A model generated the notes under the pieces. The model had not been told where the DNA came from and searched no databases. It saw only the letters and a list, made by a program, of their open reading frames with translations. The position numbers and the translations under genes were made by a program. A stretch of 64,000 nucleotides of DNA from Octopus bimaculoides (Eukaryota), in the NCBI RefSeq assembly GCF_001194135.2, contig NC_068999.1, positions 33,220,010 to 33,284,009 of the forward strand. Direction: 5' to 3'. This document shows, one piece after another, positions 11,936 through 23,974 of this stretch (position 1 is the first letter of the stretch; every line of letters begins with the position of its first letter).

Positions 11936-13320
11936 ACTATTGCTTCTATCATTAGCCGTCCATATTTGTAGGGAATTCTGAGAAGTATAGATGTACTAAT
12001 GCATTCCTATCTAGTTTTGTTTTGTGCTGTATGTGTAGAACATTGCAATTAATTATTCCTGGTTGTAAATGCATGGTGAGTTGACGGTAGAATGTCGAAC
12101 TTTTATGGTTAATATAGCGGTTGGAATCGTGAAGTTTACTATTTCACGTCTGCAATCGAATTTATAAATCACATCAATCGTCAACAGCTCGTTCGCAGAT
12201 GTACCTGCTTGTAGGTAGTTATTGATTAAAAGATTTTTAATGTTAGTGTTTTTTTCAGTTTATCATTAATGTTAGTTTATGGTCTGTTGCAGTTTAAGAC
12301 TTAATGTATTTTACGTTCTCTTTCCTTTTTTTTGAGGTTTTGATGATACATTTATCAACTCTATAGTTAACATGTATTGCATTCATGTAATACACTTTAT
12401 GTGTGGTTTGTGTATTGTTAGTAGAGTGTTTCATATACCTATTGCATTGTATTTGTGTCTGTATTGTTCTATCACTTGCTCTATAAGATTTATTACAATA
12501 CTCGTTATTGATTAATGTTTGATTTATTCTATAGATTTTATTATCTGCTGCTTCATTTGTAGAGGAGAATCTAAACGCTTTTCTAAGTAGGGATATCACC
12601 ACCGACATTTTGTATCAGTGTAGATTTTCACTGTTTCCACTTATTTGTATTCTTGATGTAAACGTACGAAGTGTATTTGTTGCTTTATACTTATATATCT
12701 TATATGTCTAGAAACGTTGTCATTGTATTACCAGGAATGTTATTTCTACTGTCCTGGAAATGGAATCTGGCCCGTTGCCAGACTTTGGTGCCTGGGACTG
12801 CTTCAGAATAATTTGGATGGGCTCTAATTTGTAATAATACTAAACTGGTGTTTCGAAATAAGTGTATCACGGTAAATCTGAGGGTGCACTATTGAATAGT
12901 GATGGGGGGAATGCTGTCTAGTGCACTCCCTTAGCGACGGATATGAATTGGATCTTAATATGAAGTTGTTTTCTGAGCCTTAAATTTTCCAGTATCTTTT
13001 GGTGTATCCATTATAGAAGGTATACAATCCTGGTGTTTATCGCATGTTTTTTTTTATATTGATACCATTAAAAAATTATGGCTACGTAGAACGTCGGGAA
13101 CGTGAGCCCTAAATGAAACCCACGTCTATCTTTTTGTTCCTATAATTTTCCTCGTGGACAGCGAAAGATTACTGCTGTATCGTACCTTAATAATTTCATC
13201 GCGCTCGTGCTCGGTGTTTTGCTCCCGCTCCTGAACGACCGCGTGCTCGTGGCCGCGATCGTGTCTGCCTCTGTATAGTTGGTATATGCAGGAAATTGAA
13301 GTATCAAATGTTCTTTATAT
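11936..13320 (-). mobile_element. Penelope-like element fragment (RT C-terminal half plus GIY-YIG endonuclease), degenerate
   Basis: FRCPRGKL, GFHLGLTFPTFY, FLDI, SVVISLLRKAFRFSS..RINQTLINNEY, DVIYKFDC, RQLTMHLQ and GRLMIEAIV, ending exactly at the mariner TA. Confidence 0.8.
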
Positions 13321-13931
13321 ATGCATACACACACACACACANNNNNNNNNNNNNNNNNNNNNNNNNNNNNNNNNNNNNNNNNNNNNNNNNNNNNNNNNNN
13401 NNNNNNNNNNNNNNNNNNNNNNNNNNNNNNNNNNNNNNNNNNNNNNNNNNNNNNNNNNNNNNNNNNNNNNNNNNNNNNNNNNNNNNNNNNNNNNNNNNNN
13501 NNNNNNNNNNNNNNNNNNNNNNNNNNNNNNNNNNNNNNNNNNNNNNNNNNNNNNNNNNNNNNNNNNNNNNNNNNNNNNNNNNNNNNNNNNNNNNNNNNNN
13601 NNNNNNNNNNNNNNNNNNNNNNNNNNNNNNNNNNNNNNNNNNNNNNNNNNNNNNNNNNNNNNNNNNNNNNNNNNNNNNNNNNNNNNNNNNNNNNNNNNNN
13701 NNNNNNNNNNNNNNNNNNNNNNNNNNNNNNNNNNNNNNNNNNNNNNNNNNNNNNNNNNNNNNNNNNNNNNNNNNNNNNNNNNNNNNNNNNNNNNNNNNNN
13801 NNNNNNNNNNNNNNNNNNNNNNNNNNNNNNNNNNNNNNNNNNNNNNNNNNNNNNNNNNNNNNNNNNNNNNNNNNNNNNNNNNNNNNNNNNNNNNNNNNNN
13901 NNNNNNNNNNNNNNNNNNNNNNNNNNNNNNN

Positions 13932-14625
13932 GTCATTCCCCGTAAACGAGTTAAGGACTTTCTGCGATTCGCTCTGGATCTCGACAATGGTATAAAAATG
14001 TTGAGCTTTGAGCTGCATTTTCATCTTTGGGGAAGCGATGGAAGTCCGCAGGTGCTAAATCTGGCGAATAGGACGGGTGCGGAAGCGGTACCACGTTGTT
14101 TTGGCGAGAAACTCAGGAATGAAGAGAGCTCGGTGAAGAATCCAATTCTTCGTGCTCCACGTACCCAGTCGCTTTCGCCCAATGTTCTCCCTCAGACGCT
14201 TCAAAACGTTGCAGTAGAATTCTCGATTGACGGTCTGGTTCTGGGGGATCAATTCTCGGTGTTCAATACCACAGATCGCTCATCGTCTCCCACAGACGTT
14301 CTTCTGCTTTTGAAGCGCCCGTACCACTAGAAACATTGCGTACAGCCCATTGCTTCATCGGCATAAGCTTGCCGAAGCATGCTCAATGTCTCTGTAGCAG
14401 TCTTCCCAAATTAAACGCAAAATTTCACGTTGGCTAATTGTTCCTGTCCATGACGAAATCGCAGACTACAGCATACATGTAAACACAAAAACACAGATTT
14501 CACAATTTGCGAAGTAAACACAGCGATGTTACTCAGCACACTAACTCACTGCGTACACAACTGTGTGCTGTCATCTGTTGGCGCGCTACAGAACTAGTGC
14601 GGGAACTTTTTGATGCCACCTAGTA
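13932..14625 (-). mobile_element. mariner internal-deletion derivative, truncated by an N gap
   Basis: TIR TA-CTAGGTGGCATCAAAAAGTTCCCG; N-terminal WYGRFKSRRTSVGDDERS fused to IPQNQTVNREFY; HPSYSPDLAPADF. Confidence 0.9.
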
Positions 14626-14629
14626 TATA

Positions 14630-14790
14630 TGTACGACGGGCTTCTTCCAGTTTCTATCTATCAAATCCACTTTAAGGTTTTAGTCGGCTCGAGGCTTTAG
14701 TAGAAGACCCACCGTGTCACGCAGTGTGACTGAACCCGGAATCATGTGTTTTGGAAGTTAGCTTCTTACCACACAGCCACACCTGCGCCT
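14630..14790 (-). mobile_element. SINE family B head
   Basis: Reverse complement of GGCTGTGTGGTAAGAAG..CCGGGTTCAGTC..GAAGCCCGTCGTA. Confidence 0.85.
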
Positions 14791-14909
14791 AAACAGCCAC
14801 TAGGAAAAGAACATGGCTGGGAGGGAAATCCCGAAGGTAGGCGCCGTTCCGGAGAGAGAGAGAACTGGATATTGTGAGGAGAGTGGGGATAGGAGAGGGA
14901 ATGATATAT

Positions 14910-15101
14910 TGCTTCCAAATTTTGGCACAAGGCCAGCAATTTCGGGGATAAGTTGATTACACCAACCCCAATGATAAACTGGTACTTATTTTATTGACCC
15001 TGAAAGGATAAAAGGCTAAGTCGATCTCGGCGCAATTTGAACTCAGAACATAAAGCTAAGCATTTTGTCATGTCTGCTAACTATTCTGCCAGCACAGTGC
15101 C

Positions 15102-15103
<2 letters not shown>
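14910..15103 (-). mobile_element. SINE family A
   Basis: Family body and tRNA-like head on -. Confidence 0.85.
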
Positions 15104-15156
<53 letters not shown>

Positions 15157-15430
15157 TGATGATGATGATGACGACGACGACGATGACGATGACGATGATG
15201 ATGATGATGATGATGATCCTTTCTATTAAAGGCACAAGGCCTGAAATTTGTGGGGAGAGGACTAGTCGATAACATCGACCCAGTGTTTCACTGGTACTAA
15301 ATATATCGACCCTGAAATAATGAAAGGCAAAGTCGACCTCACAGCAATTTGAACTCAGAACGTAAAGACGAACCAAATGCTGGTGAGCATTTTGCCCGGT
15401 ATACTAACGATTTTGCCAGCTCGCAGCTTT
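15104..15430 (-). mobile_element. Full-length SINE family A (15217-15430) with (ATC/GTC/ATT)n tail (15104-15216)
   Basis: Head, B-box, body and trinucleotide tail are all present. Confidence 0.9.
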
Positions 15431-15619
15431 AGAGTGGATAAAATATTGATGACAAGAGGAAGAGGAGAGCCTTGGTGTGTCTTGTGAGATTGATGGCCTT
15501 GGTGTGTCTTGTGGTAATGAGACTAGCTAGATGTCGGCAGTAGCGTTGCTAGAGCTTGTGCCGTCCAAGACAGCCCTTGAGTTTGCCCCACCCACTGAGT
15601 CCTCAAGCCTATACAATTA

Positions 15620-15722
15620 AGAAAAAAAATTCTGGTGTTGATTCGTTCAACTAAAATTTTTGAAGATGGTGCTCCAGCATTGTCACAGTCTAATGACTGA
15701 AATAAGTAAAAAGAAAGAAAAA
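15620..15722 (+). mobile_element. SINE family B 3' part
   Basis: GGTGCTCCAGCAT..GACTGAAA..AAAAGA tail. Confidence 0.75.
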
Positions 15723-15732
15723 GAGAAAATGA

Positions 15733-15903
15733 TACAGGCGTGGCTGTGTGGTAAGAAGCTTGCTTCCCAACCACATGGTTCCGGATTCAGTCCCACTGCG
15801 TGACACCTTGGGTAAGCATCTTCTACAATAGCTTCGGGCCGACCAAAGCCTTGTGAGTGGATTTGGTAGACGGAAACTGAAAGAAGCCCATAGTGTATAT
15901 ATA
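15733..15903 (+). mobile_element. SINE family B head (left half of a SINE split by a Gypsy element)
   Basis: A-box TGGCTGTGTGG and B-box-like GGATTCAGTCC; its tail resumes at 19932. Confidence 0.9.
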
Positions 15904-16499
15904 TCATCACTCGCCCTCAGTCAAACACGCTGCTACTTGTACGAGTTCAGCTAGTCCATTCTCACAGGGGGTGTCATGATTCTCGCCATAACATCTCCTC
16001 TTCTGAGATTTGACAAATGCAACTTGTTTATTTAATTTTATTCTTTTTTTTTCATCATCACCTCTCCCTTTTTTGAGATTTTAATTTCCTCAAAAGTTTT
16101 GATACTTCTTTCGCTTAGGGACTATTTCTAGTCGTTCTGTTTGTTTACGCTTTCTAATGCTGATCCACCTAGGTTCAACCTCTTTTGGCGTTGGAACATC
16201 GAACAAGTCATAATAAACTTCTATTGGTATTTTTTTCTCTTCCTTCGGTATGTCTAGACTTCAACTGGTTCAAATGTCATTTCTGCTCTCCTACTGGGCC
16301 TTTTATTATGTACATCATACTGCCTATTCTTTTCGTCTATTCTACACTGTCCTCCTAACCTTGTATTCCATTCTTATATATTTTGAAATGAACTTTATCT
16401 CCCACATTAAAATACTTTGTTGTGTTTCTTGGGTTTTCTTTATAAGATTTTTTGTAGGTAATAATTTATCAAAAATTGATTTTTATCTTCAAGGCAAAC

Positions 16500-18125
16500 A
16501 TTAACTCTTCGAGTGACCGCGTTACCTTGTAAACCCTTAAGAATTGAGTTAGTGCTGCATCATTACCTAATTCATTTCCTGATCTTTTTAGTGCTCGCTT
16601 AAATGTGTCTACAAACCTTTCTGCTTGACCATTTGATCTCGAGTGATACGGCGGAGAAGAGATGTGATTGACTGCATATCTCTCACAGAAATTTTAAAAT
16701 TCGGACCCTGAAAACTGCGTTCCTTTATCCGATACTATGGTGTCCGGGACACCGTATCGCTCAAAAAGTTCGTGAAGGAACCTTATTGCTACCTTCGAGG
16801 CTGACTGACTACATTTACATATCTCCGGCGACTTGGTATAGCTGTCTACTATGATCAGGTAATACACACCGTTTATCGGTCCAGCAAAATCTATATGTAA
16901 CCTGGACCACTGACTGTCTGTTTTGGCCACGATTTGAATTTCACCGGTGGTGACTTTGCTGCGAGAGCACAATCTCTGCAGGATTTCACCAATTATTCAA
17001 TATTCCGATCAATATTAGGCCAATATACGTAATTCCTCATTACTGATTTCATTCTTGAAACTCTTGGGTGTCCCATACAAAATTCACTTAATACACACTT
17101 TTGTAGTGCGGCTGGCACTACAGATCTTTGTACGTACTTCAACAAATTAACACACATAGAAAAATTGTTCGCCTTTGTGTTATGTATACTTTTCTTTTCT
17201 TTTACCTTCAACGTTTCTCTCATCTTTGCAATGAATTTGTCATTCTCCGATTTTAATTTTATATCTTGAACAATTACTGGCAACTCCCGAAAATGTTTTT
17301 TTCATTTTCCGCTCGTAACGTGGCAATCACGGTATCTTCGAACAGTTCCGTATTTTTTGGAATTAGCCTTGATAAATAATCCGTATGGCCTAACCTCTTG
17401 GATGGTATATACTCCATCTTAAAGTCATAATTCAACAATATCGCACTCAGGCGTTGTAACCTATTTGCAGTATGGGTAGGAATTCCTTTCTTCGACTCCA
17501 AAATTGATAATAATGGTCGGTGATCAGTCTGTAGCCGAAAACTTCTACCGTGCAAAAATCTGTGACATTTCTTCACGGCAGAAATGATCGCTAGGGCTTC
17601 TTTCTCTATTTGACTATAATTTTTCTCTGTCTCTATCAGAGAACACGAAGCTTGAACCACCGCTTTTATATTACCGTCTTTATATTTGTGTAGCATTACT
17701 GCTCTTATGCTGTATTCAGAAGCGCCAGAAGCTACAATAATCTGCGCTGCAGGATCGTCAAATGTCGTTTGACAATTGTTTGACCAATTCCACTTCACAT
17801 CCTTTTTTAGCAAATTATTTAATGGAGCTCTCAGTTCATGCATATCTGGTATATAATTTTGATAATAATTCGCTAGACCTAGAAAAGCTTGTATGGTCGT
17901 TATATTAGTCGGAGGAGGCATATTTTAAATTGCGTCTGCCCTCGACGGGTTAGGTTGTCAACCATTCCTGTCGATAATCCTAAATACTTAATTTTAGGTA
18001 AGAAAAATTCACATTTTTCCCTCACTCAGTGTGAAACCGTAATGTCTTATTTTTTCAAAAACATTTTACATGCTCGACAGTATCAATAATTGTAATGTTG
18101 CTACCTGTGTCTAGTTTCGCGTTCG
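16500..18125 (-). pseudogene. Gypsy pol pseudogene (protease start, RT end, RNase H, integrase)
   Basis: ORFs 17274-17921, 16993-17283 and 16694-16972. Confidence 0.93.
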
Positions 18126-18811
18126 TGTCGTTTATTTTTACATACAAATATTTTCTTTTTCGGGTGCCGTCACGACTTTCCGTTGAGCAAACCGTTTTTG
18201 AAGAATTTTTTTCCCAACCATTTTTGCTTCGCCATGCAGTATGAGCTTTTATGTCCTATTTTTTTGCAACTAAAACATTTCCGAGTTTTAGATCAACAGT
18301 CTTTCTTAAAATGCAGACCTTCACAACCATAGCATGGATTAAGTCATAACATTCTTTTTTCTTTATTTATTCCCGGTCGACATGTCTGTACTTGAGAGAA
18401 ATTTTGTTCTTCAATTTTCTTTACGTCCTGCGCAAGTTGTTAATTCTTTGACATTCCTCTGCTACTGCCTGCCTGCAGGGTTGAATTCTTATCCTGTGTA
18501 GTTTTGTAAGAATCCGTGCACGTATTTCTGCATCTTTGTTTGCCGTCTAATCTTGCACAAAGATGAGGCATTTAAACATGTCAGGAGAAAATTCCTTCAG
18601 TTTAAATTTTTCGCACATTCTATTTACGGTTCCGGCATATGACCAAATCGTCGTCCTCTTTTTTTTTTTTTTACTAAGTTTAAAAACTCTCATTGAATAT
18701 TAAATAGGGAACTCTTATCGTTGAACATTTTGGATAGCAATTCAATGGTTTCCTCGAAACAAATTTCACTTTTTAGGCAAGATAAAATTGCAGTATTTGT
18801 CATGTTTTGAA

Positions 18812-19190
18812 GGAGTAAAGATTATTTGCCAACATAACATGGCAGTCCTGGTTTAAGACGATTGTTGCTGTAATTTAACCCCAGGAGACATCGTCTCCAG
18901 TTGGCTATACGACACGATATGTGTCCTTATATTTTCGAACAAGGGAATCTATCACCCCCACTCAGTTCAAAACAATATCTGTGTATCGTTATTTCTGGGT
19001 TATTTCTCTTCATCAGCACAGAATAATTGTTCTGTGCCGAGTGGGGGTGATACATTCCCTTGTTTGAAAATATAAGGACACAGATCGTGTCGTATAGTCA
19101 ACTGGAAACGATGTCGCCTGGGGCTAAATTATAGCAACATTCGTCCTAAACCAGGACTGCCATGTTATGTTGGCAAATAATCTTTACTCC
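18812..19190. mobile_element. Palindromic non-autonomous element (~160-bp inverted arms) inserted in gag; HHR-like motif in the spacer
   Basis: GGAGTAAAGATTATTTGCCAACATAACATGGCAGTCCTGG.. recurs inverted at the right end; no clear TSD. Confidence 0.9.
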
Positions 19191-19931
19191 AAAGTACTGT
19201 TGCTGAATATCTCTCGTTGTGAGATTTACATATAGTAATTTTCTAATTCGTAACAGTAGTTTCACTTTTTCATTGGCTGTCCAACACTTGCACTCTTCCA
19301 TGAAGATTTCTTCATATCTTCTGAAGTACGCCGAAAAAGTTATACCCTCTCCTGGGCTATAACTAAATTCAGTTATAGTATTCGCTACGCCATCTGGCGA
19401 AAATGAACTTGCAGAGTTTCCCCGACTTCAACATCAGTTCCAGCAACTGATTGTGTTGTAGTTGTTGGTGCAACTCCTGTTTCTGCTGTTGCTATTGCTT
19501 TTGCAACTGTAATATATCAGCTAATAGGTCTTGCATAATTAACGAATTTTTTGTATTATAAAAAATTGTTTACGGCCAACATAAGCTTCGAATCACTCCT
19601 CGCCACTTTTATAACGTGGTTTCTGTATATGTGACCTTAGTGCCGTGTACTAATAACAGTGTGATATACAATACCACGGAACGAGGTGGACACAAACTGT
19701 CTCCACTTGATGTATTCCCAAATACTCTGCCATCAACTGTAACCAATGCAAAACAACTCTCAACAAACTATAACAACTTCTCAACTATTTCCTGCAACTC
19801 CACGAACTCACGAGCAACACCTTCCGACTTCCTGCGATTTCTCATCACTCGCCCTCAATCAAACACGTTGCTACTTATACGAGTTCGGTTAGTCCATTCT
19901 CACTGGGGGTGACATGATTCTCACCATAACA

Positions 19932-20020
19932 CAAAGAATAAGTCCTAGGGCCGATTTCTTCGACTACAGGCGATGCTCCAGCATGGCCACAGTCAAATAA
20001 CTGAAACGTGTAAAAGAGTT
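19932..20020 (+). mobile_element. SINE family B 3' part
   Basis: CAAAGAATAAGTCC..GCTCCAGCATGGCC..AAAAGAGT directly after the LTR. Confidence 0.9.
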
Positions 20021-20025
20021 ATGTG

Positions 20026-20074
<49 letters not shown>

Positions 20075-20120
20075 ACACGTGTGTGTGTGTGTGTGTGTAC
20101 ACATGTGTGTGTGTGTGTAC

Positions 20121-20166
<46 letters not shown>

Positions 20167-20192
20167 ACATACATGTATGTGTGTGTGTGTGT
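20021..20192. repeat. (TA)n/(TG)n microsatellite with GTACAC interruptions
   Basis: Direct reading. Confidence 0.95.
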
Positions 20193-20214
20193 ATGTTATA
20201 TCCATCACACACCA

Positions 20215-20380
20215 CAAGGTGATGAATTGCTGGAATCTTAAGAGCACGATTGAGTATTTTATGGTATTCATTCTGACTTTCTGCGCTATGGGTTCAAATC
20301 TTACCGTTATCAACTTTACCTTCTTTCGGCGACTCCATCAATACCAATTCAGGATGATGGATTGGTATAACTGCTAGTGC
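20215..20380 (+). mobile_element. Degenerate SINE family A
   Basis: GGTGATGAATTGCTGGAATC..GGGTTCAAATC..CAACTTTACCTT. Confidence 0.55.
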
Positions 20381-20990
20381 ATCGGTTGGGATGCTTTGAA
20401 ATGTCTGTTGTGACTCTGTTTTCCAACTACAACCTTTGTAGAAACACTGGTGCCAAACTGTATAGGCCCGTTCATGTTCCTTTGGACATCATACTTAAGG
20501 AGAAAACTTGTATGAATGGACAACTGTTAGTTTTCTTAAAAAAAAGACAAAAAAAAAAACAGCAAAAAAAAATTCTTGTCCAAGCTTGCGTCTGGAGTAG
20601 GAACTTTTCCGGTGCAGAAAATATTGATCAACCAAAAGTGAGAAGGACCCAAACCTTTCGGACAAAATCTTAACTGCCGCAAACATCATTTAAGAAATAT
20701 CTGGATTTTGTTGTGTCTGCCTTTGGAATGTATATTTCTATGGTGCGTGTGCATTTTGTGGTGGATTGATAACGCTGCAAATATTGACAAACGACTAGAA
20801 GAATTTGTTCCGGCTCTTTGCGTTCTAAGTCGAAATGTCGCCGATATCAATCAAGTTTGCGTTTCATCTTTACGGGGATGACAAATAAAAAATGGAGATT
20901 AATTTCTCTCTCTTTCACAAACACACAATCAGCTGTAGGAAGGATATGGAACGCCATACATGCCCCTTCCTGCAAAGACAACAATCATCT

Positions 20991-21943
20991 GTGGTCTGCT
21001 AGTGAAGACTGTGATTGCAGTGGAAACCTGTGATTGGTAAGGAAGCTTGTGGTCATTGTGGAAGTCTTCAGCCGCTTTAAAAGCCTATGGTCGCCGTGGG
21101 AATCTGTGTCCATTGTGAAATATTATGTTTGCTATCGAAGTCTTGGGTCTGTAATCAGTAATTTCAGTGAGTATGGATTCTGTAGTCATTGTGGATGGTC
21201 ATTGTGGAAGATTGCGGTCATTGTGAAAGTCTTTAGTTATAGTAGAAACCTGTAGAAAGCTGTGGCAACCATGGAACTCTGTGGTCAATATGGAAGATAA
21301 TGGTCACTGTGGAAATCTGTGGTAGCTGTGGAAGCCTGTGGTAATTGTAATAGTTCACGGTCACTGTGGAAGACGGTGATTCTCGCTATGAATATCTGTG
21401 GTCAACCTGGGTGATTTTGGTCATTTTGGAAGGTTGTGGTCATTGTGAAAGTCCATGGTCGCTGTAGAAGTCTGTGGTCGTTGTTGAAGTCATTGATCAC
21501 TGTGGAAATCTGTGATCAAAGTAGAAATCTGTAGTTGCTGTAGAAAAGTGTAGCCCATGTGGAAACCTGTGGTCGCTGTGGAAAACAATGGTTACTGTGG
21601 AAGTCTGGGATAGCTGTGCAATACTGTGGTCGATGTGGAAGTCCGTGGTAGCCGTAATAGTTCATGGTCGCTTTGTAACATGATGGTCATTGTAAAAGTC
21701 TGCGGTTACTGTGAATATCTGTTGTCGCTATGGAAGGCTCTACTCAATATGAAAGACTGTGGTTGTTGGCTATGGAAGATGTTGGTCACTATGGAAAACT
21801 GTGGAAGTCTGTGGTCAATACGAAAATCTAAGGTCGCTGTGCAATTATGTGGTCGTTGTGGTTGACAACGACTACTGTAGAGTTCTAAGGCCACTGCGGA
21901 AGTCTTTTGTCACTATGAAAGCCTATGGTCTCTGTGAAATTCT
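20991..21943. repeat. Degenerate 19-bp tandem array (~50 units, consensus GTGGTCACTGTGGAAGTCT)
   Basis: Units can be phased by eye at 19-bp period across ~950 bp. Confidence 0.85.
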
Positions 21944-23374
21944 GCTAATTGTTTAACCCACATAAATAACGTTTATTCCGGTAGAGTATGGTACATGTTG
22001 TTGTTGATGATGATGATGTGTAAGTATGATACAAATACCTTCATACATAGTCACAAACATGTATGTATGTATGTATGTATGTATGTATGTATGTATGTAT
22101 GTATGTATGTATGTATGTACGTGTGTATGTATGAAAAACGTTAGATACTTTCCATTCCCACGTAATTTTTCAGTCAATTAACCTCATCTCCATAGATGAA
22201 ACAACTTTTAAACCTTGCATATTAAAAAAATATTTCATCTGTAAAAATAAAGTTGTCTGAAAAATTAGAAATCTATCAACAATAGCTAATGTAAGATATT
22301 CCATATAATATACACTTGCTCCTATATGTATATTAACAGAGTTATGTAATATTCCTACCTATCTACAACCATATATATATATATATATANNNNNNNNNNN
22401 NNNNNNNNNNNNNNNNNNNNNNNNNNNNNNNNNNNNNNNNNNNNNNNNNNNNNNNNNNNNNNNNNNNNNNNNNNNNNNNNNNNNNNNNNNNNNNNNNNNN
22501 NNNNNNNNNNNNNNNNNNNNNNNNNNNNNNNNNNNNNNNNNNNNNNNNNNNNNNNNNNNNNNNNNNNNNNNNNNNNNNNNNNNNNNNNNNNNNNNNNNNN
22601 NNNNNNNNNNNNNNNNNNNNNNNNNNNNNNNNNNNNNNNNNNNNNNNNNNNNNNNNNNNNNNNNNNNNNNNNNNNNNNNNNNNNNNNNNNNNNNNNNNNN
22701 NNNNNNNNNNNNNNNNNNNNNNNNNNNNNNNNNNNNNNNNNNNNNNNNNNNNNNNNNNNNNNNNNNNNNNNNNNNNNNNNNNNNNNNNNNNNNNNNNNNN
22801 NNNNNNNNNNNNNNNNNNNNNNNNNNNNNNNNNNNNNNNNNNNNNNNNNNNNNNNNNNNNNNNNNNNNNNNNNNNNNNNNNNNNNNNNNNNNNNNNNNNN
22901 NNNNNNNNNNNNNNNNNNNNNNNNNNNNNNNNNNNNNNNNNNNNNNNNNNNNNNNNNNNNNNNNNNNNNNNNNNNNNNNNNNNNNNNNNNNNNNNNNNNN
23001 NNNNNNNNNNNNNNNNNNNNNNNNNNNNNNNNNNNNNNNNNNNNNNNNNNNNNNNNNNNNNNNNNNNNNNNNNNNNNNNNNNNNNNNNNNNNNNNNNNNN
23101 NNNNNNNNNNNNNNNNNNNNNNNNNNNNNNNNNNNNNNNNNNNNNNNNNNNNNNNNNNNNNNNNNNNNNNNNNNNNNNNNNNNNNNNNNNNNNNNNNNNN
23201 NNNNNNNNNNNNNNNNNNNNNNNNNNNNNNNNNNNNNNNNNNNNNNNNNNNNNNNCGGCGGTGATAAAATTATTATTTCCTTGTCAAAAAATGGCTGAAG
23301 CATATTGGCAGTAGCTAATTAAACCTTTCTATTATAGGCACAAGGCATGGTTTTTGAGGGAAAGAGCAAGTCAA

Positions 23375-23392
23375 TTAGGGTTAGGGTTAGGG
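23375..23392 (+). repeat. Interstitial (TTAGGG)3
   Basis: Three perfect units directly after a truncated SINE A tail (23326-23374). Confidence 0.9.
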
Positions 23393-23699
23393 AAAACGAG
23401 CACACGTGTGTTGCCTCTGCAAAATGTCAGAAGTAATGGAGATTAAATACGCTTTACACCGCTTAGGAGTAAGTGTAAACAGCTGAATACTTGTCAGTGA
23501 TTGGTTGAAATTATCGAAATAAGACAATTTTTTACATGANNNNNNNNNNCGCTCTTCCGATCTTAACACAAAAAGATAAGTATACGAAGTTTGAAAGTCT
23601 TTCGGTACCAAAAACACTACATAAAACATTAATGAAAACTGGTGCCCCCGTTTTGAACAAGATCCAAGGACTGAATTAAAAATGAAGAGAAGCAGTTAA

Positions 23700-23930
23700 A
23701 GAAAACGATATGAGAATAGAATAGACCAGTTTGGACAAAACGGGTTATTTCACAATAACCAGAAGAGATAGTTTGAAAACATTCGTGAGAGTAGGAAGAC
23801 GTAAACACGAAGTATCTGATGCAGAGAAAGGTAGAAAGTTTTGAGGTGATATGTAGAATAAGAAAGATAGTCCCAAGAAGGAGATGGAGATGAATAAAAG
23901 ATGATAAACTAAGAAGAATAAAGCATCAGA
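23700..23930 (+). mobile_element. R4/Dong-like LINE fragment (upstream of RT)
   Basis: EVSDAEKGRKF*GDM*NK resembles the conserved PDAEE..FWGDIW block. Confidence 0.55.
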
Positions 23931-23974
23931 AAACGAGTTTCCGAAGTACCTAAATGGAAGTTAGCCGTGCTAGA

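Larger units (their letters stand above)
15905..19931 (-). mobile_element. Ty3/Gypsy LTR retrotransposon, near full-length but RT core deleted
   Basis: 5' LTR 19610-19931; PBS TGGCGAGGAGTGAT 19592-19605; gag MQDLLADILQ..YFRRYEEIF..MFKCLIFVQ..CFSCKKIGHKSSYC; protease KLDTGSN (~18103-18111) fused to the end of RT; RNase H YSQIEKEALAII..TDHRPL; integrase LHIDFAGP..IVSDKGTQF; PPT AGAAGAGGAGA; truncated 3' LTR 15905-15993 differing from the 5' LTR at 8 of 89 positions. Confidence 0.95.

Noticed and set aside
20991-21943. CRISPR-like appearance of the 19-bp array
   Set aside because: No unique spacers, degenerate units, eukaryotic context and no cas genes.
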